This document shows positions 40,075 through 52,994 of a stretch of 64,000 bases of DNA, piece after piece (within the stretch, counting starts at the first letter, position 1; each line of letters starts with the position of its first letter). The notes beneath the pieces are model-generated. The model was not told the origin of the DNA. It ran no database searches and saw only the letters and a program-made list of their open reading frames with translations. The DNA comes from Octopus vulgaris (Eukaryota). The translations under genes were made by a program, and so were the position numbers. The stretch spans positions 33,542,001-33,606,000 of the forward strand of contig OX597836.1 in the NCBI GenBank assembly GCA_951406725.2. The letters run 5' to 3'.

Positions 40075-40325
40075 TAAAAGGAGAAAGGGGCTCTCTACCC
40101 CCCTTTTGACCAAGCTCCCGTGGCTTTTATGGGTTTTTCCACAAGTAACTTTTCGAAGCGCCTCCCCCTATTGGGAATTTCATTTGTTATATTTTTGTTG
40201 TTATCTCTGGAATTTTTACACGTCTTTTTGCAAACGGACAAAACCCTTTGTAACTTTTGTCCTGTGTTTTGTCCCTTTATGTTTTAATTAATTTTTGTCA
40301 GCCCTTGTGTCTAATAAACGAATTA
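40075..40325 (+). mobile_element. Probable LINE 3' UTR sharing its terminus with the S2 SINE tail
   Basis: Ends gtcctgtgttttgtccc...agcccttgtgtctaataaacgaa, similar to S2 gtccttgtttgtcccc...agccccttgtgggtaataaagaa. Confidence 0.5.
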
Positions 40326-40879
40326 ATTATTATCATCATCATCATTATTATTATTATTATTATAGGTGGAAAGCTGGCAGAATCATTAGCATGCCAGGTG
40401 AAATGCTTAGTGGCATTTTGTTGGTCCTTACGCACTCAGTTCAAATTCTGCCAAGGTCGGCTTTGCCTTTCATCTTTTCAGGGTCGATAAATTAAACAGT
40501 AAAAAGTTATCATAGTACTCGGAGTTTCAAATGTTATTACTTTTTCTTCTTCTTCTTCTTATTATTATTATATATACACACACACGTATACAAAGGGCTT
40601 CTTCCAGTTTCCATCTAATAAATCCACTCTCAAGGCTTTGGATGGCTCGATGCTTTAACAGAAGACACTTGGCCAAGGTGCCATGCAGTGGGATTGAACT
40701 TGTAACTCAAGTGAGGTTGGGAAGCAAATTTCTTATCACACAGCCATGCCCCGTCGCCCACCATCCACTCGACCATCCATCAACCCCCACCCCCACCCTC
40801 CACCATTCTCCTAGGCCCTGAAATGGGTCATGCATACAGTGTCCTTTATTTTCTAACTTGAAACATTTATAGCAAGTAA

Positions 40880-41510
40880 AAAGTCACCACCACCACCACC
40901 GCCACCATTGACTGCATGCTAACTCCTCCTCCTCCTCCTCCTCATACTGCCTCTTCCACCACCACCACTGCCGCCACTACTGTTAAACAAGTAGTCATTC
41001 CAGACCAGTGGACTGTCCCTTCTTGTAAATCATAAATGCTTCATACATCTTTTATGGCTGTCACAGTAGCTGTGCCCCATCCCCAAGACACACACTTCAC
41101 TGGCGGCACCACCACCACTACAACCACCACCACCACCACTACCACCATTACTACCACCACAATCACTACTACTCCTACCACTACCACCACCAGCATTATA
41201 TGGCTTCTTCTTCTTCTCCTCCTACTATTACTACTACTCCTGCTACCACCACCACCACCACAGACATAAGTACAACTATCAACATTATCATTACCACAAC
41301 TTCTAAAATCACCACCATCACCTTGACAGCTATAACCAACACTACCACCACCACACCACCATCACCTCACCACCACTACCACCATCACTAACCTCACCAC
41401 CTCTACCATCACCATCACCATCACCATTACAAATGACAATCTTTGACCAATAATATGAACATCACAACAACCATCACCACCAATACCATTCCTACCACGA
41501 CCACCACCAT
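40880..41510. repeat. (CAC/CAT/TAC)n low-complexity tract
   Basis: Directly visible. Confidence 0.85.
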
Positions 41511-41894
41511 TGTTTCTAGGAAACACAAACTGTGAATCCATCATTTATTTAGCACAAAAACACACAAACACACACACACTTACATACAAACACATACAAA
41601 CATATACACAGTGGTTTGTTATTTTTTTTTGTGGTTTATTAATGTTTTTTTTTTATCTATTTCTTGTTTGTTTATTGTTTCTAAGGAGAGAGGGAAACTT
41701 GTTGAGCTCTGTACGTGTGTGTGTGTGTGTGTGTGCGTTTCCATGAATGTATTTATGTGTGTGGATGTTTGCAAATGAATGAGTGAGTATGTAAGAGAGA
41801 AAGAGAGAATAAGTTTCGAATGTGCCTGTTGAACTTCTTTGTCTTTAGACCCCAGGGTCTGGTCCACCTTGTGCCAAACCCTCCCCTCTATTAA

Positions 41895-42791
41895 CCCTTG
41901 CGTTACTGTATTTATTTTGAGATGATCTGTGTTTCTTTCAATTAATTTCAAATATAACAAAGAATTTAGTAAAATAACTCAGTTATCATTAAGCTAGTGT
42001 TAGGAACATAAATTGTGACTAAGGTTTGGTGGAAGATTTTAATTCAAAACTTATGAAAACAAGACATTTGTACTACAGAGCCAGAGCAGGTTTCAGCCGG
42101 GTTGGTATCAAAAGGGTTAAATATAATAAAGAATTTAGTAAAATAACTTAGTTATCATTCAGCTAGTGTTAGGAACATAAATTGTGACTAAGGTTTGGTG
42201 GAAGATTTTAATTCAAAACTTATGAAAACAAGACATTTGTACTACAGAGCCAGAGAGCAGGTTTCAGCCAGGTTGGTATCAAAAGGGTATATAACAAAGA
42301 ATTTAGTAAAATAACTTAGTTATCATTAAGCTAGTGTTAGGAACATAAATTGTGACTAAGGTTTGGTGGAAGATTTTAATTCAAAACTTATGAAAACAAG
42401 ACATTTGTACTACAGAGCCAGAGCAGGTTTCAGCCGGGTTGGTATCAAAAGGGTTAAATATAACAAAGAATTTAGTAAAATAACTCAGTTATCATTAAGC
42501 TAGTGTTAGGAACATAAATTGTGACTAAGGTTTGGTGGAAGATTTTAATTCAAAACTTATGAAAACAAGACATTTGTACTACAGAGCCAGAGCAGGTTTC
42601 AGCCGGGTTGGTATCAAAAGGGTTAAATATAACAAAGAATTTAGTAAAATAACTTAGTTATCATTAAGCTAGTGTTAGGAACATAAATTGTGACTAAGGT
42701 TTGGTGGAAGATTTTAATTCAAAACTTATGAAAACAAGACATTTGTACTACAGAGCCAGAAGCGGTTTCAGCCAGGTTGGTATCGAAAGGG
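41895..42791 (+). repeat. MITE-B whose 3' 169 bp is tandemly amplified five times
   Basis: One left TTAA-CCCTT end (41891); units start at about 41950, 42119, 42287, 42456 and 42625; each ends in AAAGGG, followed by TTAA in four of the five. Confidence 0.93.
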
Positions 42792-43204
42792 TTAAATAGT
42801 TCCCTTTTAGAGAGTTGATGATTGCCAAGAATGATTACAAAAAAATGAGCTGCTATTTTTAGCAGTCAAGTAACTGTAAAGAAATTTCATTATAAACAAA
42901 TGTCCTCTTAAACCTACACAACATTGATATTACTTCATCTTTGACCCTTTTGTTACCAAATTTATTTTGAGATGCTCTGTGTTTCTCATCGAATAAGTAC
43001 TAAGCTTAAAAACCAAGTCCTGAGGTCAATTTGTTCGACTAAAACCCTACAAGGCAATGCTCCAGCATGGCTGCAGTCAAATGACTAAAAGAATAAAATA
43101 TCTAAAAGTATTTCATAGCTTCGCGATTTTGATGACACGTTAAATTTATTTTTGAGAATGACATTGTAGAACAGGTGTGAGAGGCTTGATCTGTCAAATA
43201 GCTG

Positions 43205-43400
43205 AGCTGAACTGACCAGGAAGAGACTGCGGGTCCACTAAAAATGAGATGGATGGATAATATCCGTAGTCCGAGTTGGTCATGCGTAAGAATCCAGATG
43301 GAAGGTATAATGACAGCTGCTTCTTGTAGGACCCGAGGAAGGTGATGCCCGAGGACTGTCCCCAAGTCCCAGGATTAGCGGGGCAGAGAAAATGGAGGGA
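43205..43400 (+). mobile_element. Possible degenerate RTE-type ORF C-terminal fragment
   Basis: One frame reads GPLKMRWMDNIR, similar to the GRP-x-x-RW-x-D-x-I motif. Confidence 0.35.
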
Positions 43401-43419
43401 TATATTAGTATTGTTATTT

Positions 43420-44080
43420 TATTCTTTCACTTGTTTCAGTCATTTGACTGTGGCCATGCTGGAGCACCACCTTTAGTTGAACAAATTGACCCCTGGACTT
43501 ATTCTTTGTAACCCTAGTACTTATTCTATCAGTCTGTTTTACCAAACTGCTAAGTTACAGAGATGTAAACACACCAGCATCGGTTGTCAAGCGATGTTGG
43601 GAGAACAAACACAGACATATATATATGTTGTTGTTTGTTCCTTCTTGAGCCACGACTGGCTCATATGGCTAGTTTCCCAGTTTCCCCACCTGGATGGGAT
43701 GTCGGTCCGTCGCAGGAGAGTTGCAAGATGCACGAGGAAAGAGTGAGAGAAAGTTGTGGCTAAAGAGTCAGCAGAAGTTCGCCATTACCTTCTGCCAGAG
43801 CCACGTGGAGCTTAGGGTGTTTCGCTCATAAACACACACATCACCTGGTCTGAGATTCGAACCCGCGCTCTCTCGACCATGAGCCCGCTGCTCTAACCAC
43901 TAGGCCATGTGCCTCCACACACACACACACATATACGATGGGCTTCTTCCAGTTTCTGTCTACCAAATCCACTCACAAGGCTTTGGTTCAGCCCGAGGCT
44001 GTAATTAGAAGACACTCAAGGTGCCACACAGTGGGACTGAACCCAGGACCATGAAGCTGGTAAGCAAGCTACTTACCACA
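43420..44080 (-). mobile_element. S1 SINE with a nested H3+T4 SINE (43625-43918) in its internal microsatellite
   Basis: S1 halves flank a second tRNA-headed element (ggttcgaatctc B-box on the minus strand). Confidence 0.85.
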
Positions 44081-44084
44081 CATT

Positions 44085-44300
44085 CAAACTTTGGCACAAG
44101 GCCAGCAATTTCGGGGTGAGGGTGCAGGTAAATCGTTTACATCAAACTCAGTATTCAACTATTATTTACTTTATCGACCGCAATAGGACGAAAGGCAAAG
44201 TCGACTGTGTCAAAAATTTGAAGTCAAAACGGAAAGACAGACGAAATACCACGAAGCATTTTGCTAGGCGTGCTAATGATTCAGCCATCTTGCTGCCTTA
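44085..44300 (-). mobile_element. Degenerate S2-type SINE
   Basis: Family match on the minus strand. Confidence 0.7.
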
Positions 44301-44693
44301 AATTACTGTTAATTATTGTCAGTTATTTCTTAACGAGATTTTATCATTACTGCTAATCTTACTCTTTTGATCCATGTAAATCCCTGCAACTGTTGCTTGT
44401 GTCCTTTTAAATTTTAGCTTAATTGCTTGGACCCTTGTGGCTAATAAGAGATATCATCACCATGACTACCACCAAAACCATCATCACTACCATTGCTTAC
44501 CATCACCACCAAAGACAAATACAATAACAACAATAACTGGAATATTATTTGATGAAAACAAAAACAAAAAAAAATTTTTTAATTTTGTATTTCAAACATT
44601 GAACGAAAAAATGAAATAAAATAAAACTAATAAAAACAATGAAAAGAGGGGGAAAAATACAAAATATGTGTACACCCAACCACCCAAACAGAC

Positions 44694-44780
44694 CTGAGCG
44701 GGGTAAATCCTTCATGCTAAGAACTGAGTACAGGAACCTCCCATTTAAGCCCCTGACTATATAATGCAGACAACTGCACG
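44694..44780 (-). other. Candidate 87-bp exon
   Basis: Unique island; acceptor ...cttttcccatcccatgatccatttgttgcacAG, donor CAG|GTCTGT; one frame is open (CSCLHYIVRGLNGRFLYSVLSMKDLPRS). Confidence 0.25.
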
Positions 44781-45890
44781 CTGTGCAACAAATGGATCAT
44801 GGGATGGGAAAAGACACACACACATACACACCTATATATATATGTGTGTATAAATATGTGTATATATATTTGTGTGTGTATATATATATATATATATATC
44901 AGCAGACGTTAAACGATGATATATATATATATATATATACACACACAAATATATATATACATATTTATACACACACATATACATATGTACATATACAGAC
45001 ATACACACACATATACATATATGCACACATATATATACACATACAAACATACATATATACACATATACATACATATACACACATATACACATATACATAC
45101 ATACACACATATACACATACATATACACATACATACATACATAGATACATGTACAGATACATGTACATACATACATACACATACATACATACACATACAT
45201 AGATACATGTACATACATGCACATACATACATACATACATACATATACATACACACACATACATACATATACATTCATATACATACATACACATAAATAC
45301 ATATTCATCCATACATACATACATATTCATCCATACATACACATACATATACATACATACACATACATACATACACATACATATACATACATACATATAT
45401 ATATATCTCCACTCACACAGCACACTATCAGTCTGGGACCCAAGCACTCTCCAACCCTTCAAAAGTTTAGTACACCTACTAAAAAGGGGAACATTTTTTC
45501 AGTCTTTTATTTTTGTATATTTTTTACTCTCGTTTCTTTTTTTAATTTTTTTTTTCATTTTACTTAATTAAAGTAAATTAATGTTTGCGGATTTGATATA
45601 TGAAAGATATTTAAGGTAAGAGACGTGAAGGTGGCGTTGGTGGTGATGTCATGGAAGGAAGGAGGGAAGCTTTGACGGTATTGAAAGTGAGAATATCAAA
45701 TTCGAAAGAAAAATAAAATGTTTCCTGTTTAGTTAAGAGGTATAAAGAGATAGATAGGTATCTCAGAACAAATATAATTTGCTAATTAACTAGAAAAATA
45801 TTTAAATATGCATGTGTGTATGTGTGTTACGTATGCGCACATGCATATATATTAACACACGCACACACACACATATATATATACTGCAAC

Positions 45891-45926
<36 letters not shown>

Positions 45927-46269
45927 GTATAAACACACACACAAACATACATCCACAATACATCATTTATTTATACACACAGACATATATATACATATAT
46001 ATACACAATACATCACTTATATACATACATATATTATTGTATACTTGTATGTATATATGCATGTATCAGTATATATGTATGTGCGTGTAGACATTCATAC
46101 ATATTTATATACATATCATTTATATATACATATATATATATACAGACATACATATACAGATATGATATACATATATATATATATATTTAAATGGCGCTGC
46201 CCCATCATGGCCACAGCTCGTGAGCTGAAACTAGATAAAATAAAAAAATAAATATATATATATAAAATA

Positions 46270-46520
46270 ATAAATGCGCCCTTTTTTAAAGCCTAGCCAG
46301 GCTCATGGGCCCGGTTTCCCAGTTTCTGTGGCGTATGTGTTCCCCAGCTGGACGGGGTGCCGCTCTATTGCAGCGTTACTCATTTTTGCCAGCTGAGTGG
46401 ACTGGAGCAACGTGAAATGAAGTGTTTTGCTCAAAAACACAATGCGTCGCCCGGTCCAGGAATCGAAACCACAATCTTACGATCATGGTGCTGACACCCT
46501 AACCACTAAGCCACGCGCCT

Positions 46521-46522
<2 letters not shown>
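46270..46522 (-). mobile_element. tRNA-derived CORE-like SINE, head H4 with tail T4
   Basis: A-box gtggcttagtggtt and B-box gtttcgattcc on the minus strand. Confidence 0.85.
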
Positions 46523-46565
<43 letters not shown>

Positions 46566-46664
46566 AATAAATGTGGTGCCTCAGCAATGGCTGCAATCTA
46601 ATGACTGAAACAAGTAAAAGATATTTATACACTGATACATACATATATATCAGTATATATATAT

Positions 46665-47063
46665 CAGGAGTGGCTGTGTGGTAAGTAGCTTGCTAACCAT
46701 CCACATGGTTCCGGGTTCAGTCCCACTGCGTGGCATCTTGGGCAAGTGTCTTCTGCTATAGCCCCGGGCCGACCAATGCCTTGTGAGTGAATTTGGTAGA
46801 CGGAAACTGAAAGAAGCCTGTCGTATATATGTATATATATATATGTGTGTGTATATGTGTTTGTGTGTCTGTGTTTGTCCCCCTAGCATTGCTTGACAAC
46901 CGATGCTGGTGTGCTTACGTCCCCGTCACTTAGCGGTTCGGCAAAAGAGACCGATAGAATAAGTACTGGGCTTACAAAAGAATAAGTCCTGGGGTCGATT
47001 TGCTCGACTAAAGGCGGTGCTCCAGCATGGCCGCAGTCAAATGACTGAAACAAGTAAAAGAGT
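46665..47063 (+). mobile_element. S1 SINE
   Basis: Full family match. Confidence 0.92.
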
Positions 47064-47639
47064 ATATATATATATATACATATAGGTATGCAATCATAAT
47101 ACATATCTTTATACATACATACATATACACACATCTATATGTATGACATGTAGAAAGAGAGAGAGAGAGAAAAAGACAGAGAGAAGGAAACACTAAGTAC
47201 ATACAGAATTTATTCTTATAAGTGAGAAGAGGAATGTGTGAATGCGTGTATGTTCGATTGTATGTATATATATATATGTATACACACACACACACACACA
47301 CACACACGTATCTCTTTCATACACACACTCACACGCACACACATATACAAAGTAAAAATAGAATGGGGATCTGTATTTTTTGTCAACAGGGAAGGAAATA
47401 AGTACATTGGAGAGAGAGAAAGATGGAAATGAGAGAGGAGGGCAGGAGTGAGAGAGAGAGGGGGGGGCGTAACGGCGGGGGTGGGTGGGCAAGGAAGGAG
47501 GGAGGGAGGGGGAAAATAAATATGTTGAAAATTATTGTTGTTGAGAACAATTTTTGGAAATATGAGGAGCAAATGTCCTGGTGTGTGACACAAGGGTGGA
47601 CCGACAAGACAGACAGACAGACGGACACAGAGGCAGACA

Positions 47640-47676
<37 letters not shown>

Positions 47677-47819
47677 AGTGCAATTAAAACAGATAGCACA
47701 GTCAGTTAATGAAAGCGGGGATGGTGGTGGTGGGTGGGGAAAGAGCCGGAATGTCTGCGGAGGAACAGAAAGGAAGAAGAGACCAGATTTATGTACTTTC
47801 AGAATTAGAACAGGAATAA

Positions 47820-47866
<47 letters not shown>

Positions 47867-47872
47867 GGGTCT

Positions 47873-48110
47873 ATCATCATCATCATCATTTAACGTCCGT
47901 TTTCCGCGCTAGCACGGGTTGGACGGTTTCGACCGGGGTCTGGGGAGCTCGGGACTGCCCCAGGCTCCAGTCTAGTCTGGCAGTGTTTCTACAGCTGGAT
48001 GCCCTTCCTAACGCCAACCACTCCGCGAGTGTAGTGGGTGTTTTTTACGTGCCACCTGCACAGGTGCCAGAGGGGTCTGGCATCGGCCACGTTCGGATGG
48101 TGCTTTTTAT
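47873..48110 (-). mobile_element. RTE LINE 3' end abutting the 156-bp satellite
   Basis: (CAT)n tail; CpG-rich, so apparently a young copy. Confidence 0.8.
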
Positions 48111-49053
48111 GGGGGGGGGTGCAGAAATATAGGGGAGCACCAGTGGGAGGGATGGTTCAGAGGACAGGTACTAGGCAAGTAGAACGTAGGATACCGAGAG
48201 AGGGTAATGCATGGTGAAATAGCGTATTGAAGAGGGGGCTTCAAATAGTAGACACCTATAATGGTGGTGGGGGGGTGCAGAAATATAGGGGAGCACCAGT
48301 GGTAGGGGGTGGTTCAGAGGACAGGTTCTAGGCAAGTAGAACGTAGGATATCGAGAGAGGGGTAATGCATGGTGAAATAGCGTATTGAAGAGGGGGTTCA
48401 AAGAGTAGACACCTATAATGGTGGTGGGGGGGTGCAGAAATATAGGGGAGCACCAGTGGGAGGGATGGTTCAGAGGACAGGTTCTAGGCAAGTAGAACGT
48501 AGGATATCGAGAGAGGGGTAATGTATGGTGAAATAGCGTATTGAAGAGGGGGTTCAAAGAGTAGACACCTATAATGGTGGTGGGGGGATGCAGAAATATA
48601 GGGGAGCACCAGTGGGAGGGGTGGTTCAGAGGACAGGTTCTAGGCAAGTAGAACGTAGGATATCGAGAGAGGGGTAATGCATGGTGAAATAGCGTATTGA
48701 AGAGGGGGTTCAAAGAGTAGACACCTATAATGGTGGTGGGGGGGTGCAGAAATATAGGGGAGCACCAGTGGGAGGGGTGGTTCAGAGGACAGGTTCTAGG
48801 CAAGTAGAACGTAGGATATCGAGAGAGGGGTAATGCATGGTGAAATAGCGTATTGAAGAGGGGGGTTCAAAGAGTAGACACCTATAATGGTGGTGGGGGG
48901 TGCTGAAATATAGGGGAGCACCAGTGGGAGGGGGGGTTCAGAGGACAGGTTCTAGGCAAGTAGAACGTAGGATATCGAGAGAGGGGTAATGCATGGTGAA
49001 ATAGCGTATTGAAGAGGGGGTTCAAAGAGTAGACACCTATAATGGTGGTGGGA
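48111..49053. repeat. 156-bp G-rich tandem repeat, six copies
   Basis: Unit starts (gcagaaatat) at 48121, 48277, 48434, 48590, 48746 and 48902. Confidence 0.95.
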
Positions 49054-49125
49054 GAAACGACATCCGGTATAGTTGGAGCAAAATAGAGATATTCGGTATT
49101 GGTGGTGGGGGTGGGTAGGGCGGGC

Positions 49126-49780
49126 TCAGAATAATAATAATAATTAATAAATAGAAATACGGGATGAATTAAAGTTCAAGGATTTCTTATCTTGGGATCA
49201 CTTCGTTTACGGACAGTCTTGGCAAAAGGAATTCGGAATCAAGAATGAGGCAGGATACTAGCTTAAGTATGCATAGGAGTCCAGACAGACAATGTAAAAA
49301 GAGGGGGAGAGAAGGGCGCGAAGAATCAGCAGCCAATTTCTATCAGCCCTGTAAGGGAGAATAGATCTTAAATATCTATAACGATAACTAGTGAATTATA
49401 CAGAATATGCAAAAACGAGGCGAGGCTGAAATAGTAAACAGAGTGGCATCTTGGGGGATCAGAATAATAATAATAATTAATAAATAGAAATACGGGATGA
49501 ATTAAAGTTCAAGGATTTCTTATCTTGGGATCACTTCGTTTACGGACAGTCTTGGCAAAAGGAATTCGGAATCAAGAATGAGGCAGGATACTAGCTTAAG
49601 TATGCATAGGAGTCCAGACAGACAATGTAAAAAGAGGGGGAGAGAAGGGCGCGAAGAATCAGCAGCCAATTTCTATCAGCCCTGTAAGGGAGAATAGATC
49701 TTAAATATCTATAACGATAACTAGTGAATTATACAGAATATGCAAAAACGAGGCGAGGCTGAAATAGTAAACAGAGTGGC
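49126..49780. repeat. Direct duplication of 322 bp (49126-49447 and 49459-49780) with an 11-bp spacer
   Basis: The copies appear identical by eye. Confidence 0.95.
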
Positions 49781-49925
49781 TATATATATGTGTGTGTGTG
49801 TGTGTGTGGAGAGAGAGATGTGTGTATATATATACATACGTAGTATATATGTGTGTGTATATGTATATATATATGAACATATATATGTGTGCATGTATGT
49901 ATATATGTGTGTGAGTGTGTGCGTG

Positions 49926-49982
<57 letters not shown>

Positions 49983-49990
<8 letters not shown>

Positions 49991-50164
49991 GGTGTGTGTG
50001 TGTGTGTATTTATATACATATATATACATTGTGTGTATGTGTATATAATATACACATCATCATCATATATATATATATATATATATAAAATATAGGTGTG
50101 TGTGTGTGTGTATTTATATACATATATATACATTGTGTGTATGTGTATATAATATACACATCAT

Positions 50165-50195
<31 letters not shown>
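49983..50195. repeat. ~104-bp tandem duplication of a compound microsatellite
   Basis: aaaatataggtgtg...catcatcatcatata occurs twice. Confidence 0.85.
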
Positions 50196-50199
<4 letters not shown>

Positions 50200-50598
50200 T
50201 ATATACATGATAAAAAATAAGGCCTTTCTTACATAAATAGGAAGGGTACAAGGGTTAGTAAGGACAGCAAACAACACTAAACAGAGACCCTAATCCACCC
50301 CCACTCAGTTTACTTCCTGCCCTTTAAATGTCCATCCATTATCAGGCGATTATCAATCGGAGCCAACATTCAGTGGTTTCATAATCACATACATCTATCA
50401 ACGAATAACTGACGGTTGGAGGGGGGGATGCTTAGCAAGGACCTAGTTTTGTCTTCTCTGCTCTCACCACAAGCTTACTACAGGTGTTTTGTACTCATCT
50501 TCACTGCGAGGTAATGAAAGGCCTACGCTAATATCACCTGTATCAAACTAACAGCTGTTGTACATGCAAACCCCAGCATTTAGTCCTCTAGCATTTAA

Positions 50599-51040
50599 CC
50601 CTTTTGTTACTGTATTTATTTTGAGATACTTTGTGCTTCTTTCAAGCTGGCAGAAACGTTAGCGCGCCAGGCGAAATGCATAGCCGTATTTCGTATGCCG
50701 TTAAGTGTTCTGGGTTCAAATTCCCGCCGAGGTCGACTTTGCCTTTCATCCTTTCGGGGTCGATAAATTAAGTACCAGTTACGCACTGGGGTTGATGTAA
50801 TCGACTTAATCCCTTTGTCTGTCCTTGTTTGTCCCCTCTATGTTTGGCCCCTTGTGGGCAATAAAGAAATATATAAATATAACAAAGAATTTCATAAAAT
50901 GACTTGGTTATCATTCAGCTAGTGTTAGGAACATAAATTGTGACTAAGGTTTGGTGGAAGGTTTTAATTCAAAACTTTTGAATTAAAGACTTTTATACTC
51001 AGAGCCAGATCCGGTTTCAACTGGGTTGGTAACGGAAGGG
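50599..51040 (+). mobile_element. MITE-B inserted at the TTAA of a MITE-A (about 50584-51170), containing an S2 SINE (50645-50871)
   Basis: TTAA at 50595-50598 and 51041-51044; the flanks rejoin as MITE-A tagcatTTAAacc. Confidence 0.85.
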
Positions 51041-51208
51041 TTAAACCAGCCACATGCAGCCCATATGTTTTACTTGTTTTGTATTCAGACCGGTCGGATC
51101 TGGCCTCTCACACCTCCCTACAATGTCATTCTAAAGATAAACAATCACATTGTTGAAATCTTGAAGATAAGTCCATCATATATATATATATATATATATA
51201 CTCTCTCT

Positions 51209-51433
51209 CTCTCTTTTACTTGTTTCAGTCATTTGACTGCGGCCACGCTGAAGCATCACCTTTAGTCGAAGAAATTGATCCCAGGACATAGTCTTTGTAA
51301 GCCTAGTACTTATTCTATCAGCCTCTTTTGCCAAACCACTAAGTTACAGGGATGTAAACACACCAGCATCAGTTGCCAAGCAATATTGGGGGCACAAACA
51401 CAGACACACAAACATATACACACACATACATAC

Positions 51434-51509
<76 letters not shown>

Positions 51510-51637
51510 GCCGTCGTATCTTTCAGTTTCCGTCTACCAAATCCACTCACAAGACTTTGGTCAGACTGAGGCTATACTAGAAGACACGTGCCCAAAGTGC
51601 CATGCAGTGGGACTGAACCCAGAATCATGTGGTTGGG
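51209..51637 (-). mobile_element. S1 SINE
   Basis: Family match. Confidence 0.88.
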
Positions 51638-51721
51638 CATGATTGCCCAGCAAGTGATAGATGCGTCATTTAAATCATATGATGGAATATATTCGCTTAT
51701 TATTTGACTGGTAAAAGTGAT

Positions 51722-51762
<41 letters not shown>

Positions 51763-51890
51763 GAGAGATAGAAATATAAACAGATAGATATAGACAGACA
51801 AATAGATAGATAGATATGCATATACATATATGTGAATAAACAAATCATATATATATATACATATATATATATATAAGGCACATATATATA

Positions 51891-52040
51891 AGGCTGTGTG
51901 GTAATAAGCTTGCTTACCAACCACATGGTTCCAGGTTCAGTCCCACTGCGTGGCACCTTGGGCAAGTGTCTTCTACTATAGCCTCAAGTCGACCAAAGCC
52001 TTGTGAGTGAATTTGGTAGACGGAAACTGAAAGAAACCTG

Positions 52041-52093
<53 letters not shown>

Positions 52094-52125
52094 GCATCTC
52101 GTATGTGTCTGTGTTTGTCCCTGCT
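51891..52125 (+). mobile_element. S1 SINE 5' half
   Basis: Family match. Confidence 0.85.
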
Positions 52126-52149
52126 ACCACTCCTTGGCAGCTGGGGCTA

Positions 52150-52364
52150 GTCTTAACGCTTCTGCTGCAGAGTATAGATCTTCCTGAGTACCGCAAGGTG
52201 TCAGGCATCTTGGTCCTTTGTCATCTCATCTGAAAGGTACAGCATCCTATGTCTTCATCCCATATCTTCCTGGGTCTCCCACTTCCACGTGCTTCATCTA
52301 CTTAGAGAGATCGGCACTTCTTTATGGAGCTGTTGGCATCCATCTGCATCGCACAACCAAACCA
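52150..52364 (-). pseudogene. RTE LINE ORF C-terminal remnant
   Basis: Minus strand WFGCAMQMDANSSIKKCRSL*VDEARGSGRPRKIWDE, the WFGH...GRGRPRK-W motif of RTE elements. Confidence 0.8.
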
Positions 52365-52596
52365 TGTGTTTGAATACATATATGTATGCGTGTACACACA
52401 CACACGTATATATACATACGCACTGATACTTCAAAGTCACTGTCAGCAACATTGTTGATTAAGAATAAACTTGTACTCTACACAAGAAGAGTAACCGATC
52501 AGATGAATGTGAAATTGCTTTTATCATAACTGAACATTAAAACAAATATCAAATTAATATATGTGTGTGTATGCATGTATATATATATATATATAT

Positions 52597-52976
52597 GGAG
52601 GCGCAATGGCCCAGTGGTTAGGGCAGCGGACTCGCGGTCGTAGGATCGCGGTTTCGATTCCCAGACCGGGCGTTGTGAGTGTTTATTGAGCGAAAACACC
52701 TAAAGCTCTACGAGGCTCCGGCAGGGATGGTGGTGATCCCTGCTGTACTCTTTCACCACAACTTTCTCTCACTCTTACTTCCTGTTTCTGTTGCACCTGT
52801 ATTTCAAAGGGCCGGCCTTGTCACTCTCTGTGTCACGCTGAATATCCCCGAGAACTACGTTAAAGTTACACGTGTATGTGGAGTGCTCAGCCACTTACAC
52901 GTTAATTTCACGAGCAGGCTGTTCCGTTGATCGGATCAACCGGAACCCTCGCCGTTGTAACCGACGGAGTGCTTCC
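52597..52976 (+). mobile_element. Full-length, CpG-rich tRNA-derived SINE, head H3 with tail T3, in (TA)n
   Basis: A-box tggcccagtgg, B-box gtttcgattcc; tRNA-like first ~75 nt. Confidence 0.9.
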
Positions 52977-52994
52977 ATATATATATATATATAT

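Noticed and set aside
41950-42791. CRISPR-like appearance of regular arrays (also 48111-49053 and 57035-58450)
   Set aside because: Units are contiguous with no unique spacers, there are no cas genes, and the context is eukaryotic.
48171-48803. 210-aa ORF with 52-aa repeats
   Set aside because: Product of the 156-bp satellite; the frame is broken by G-run length variation in neighbouring units.
52597-52670. Possible tRNA gene (also other SINE heads)
   Set aside because: The tRNA-like head continues into a multi-copy SINE body, with no clean cloverleaf or Pol III terminator after it.
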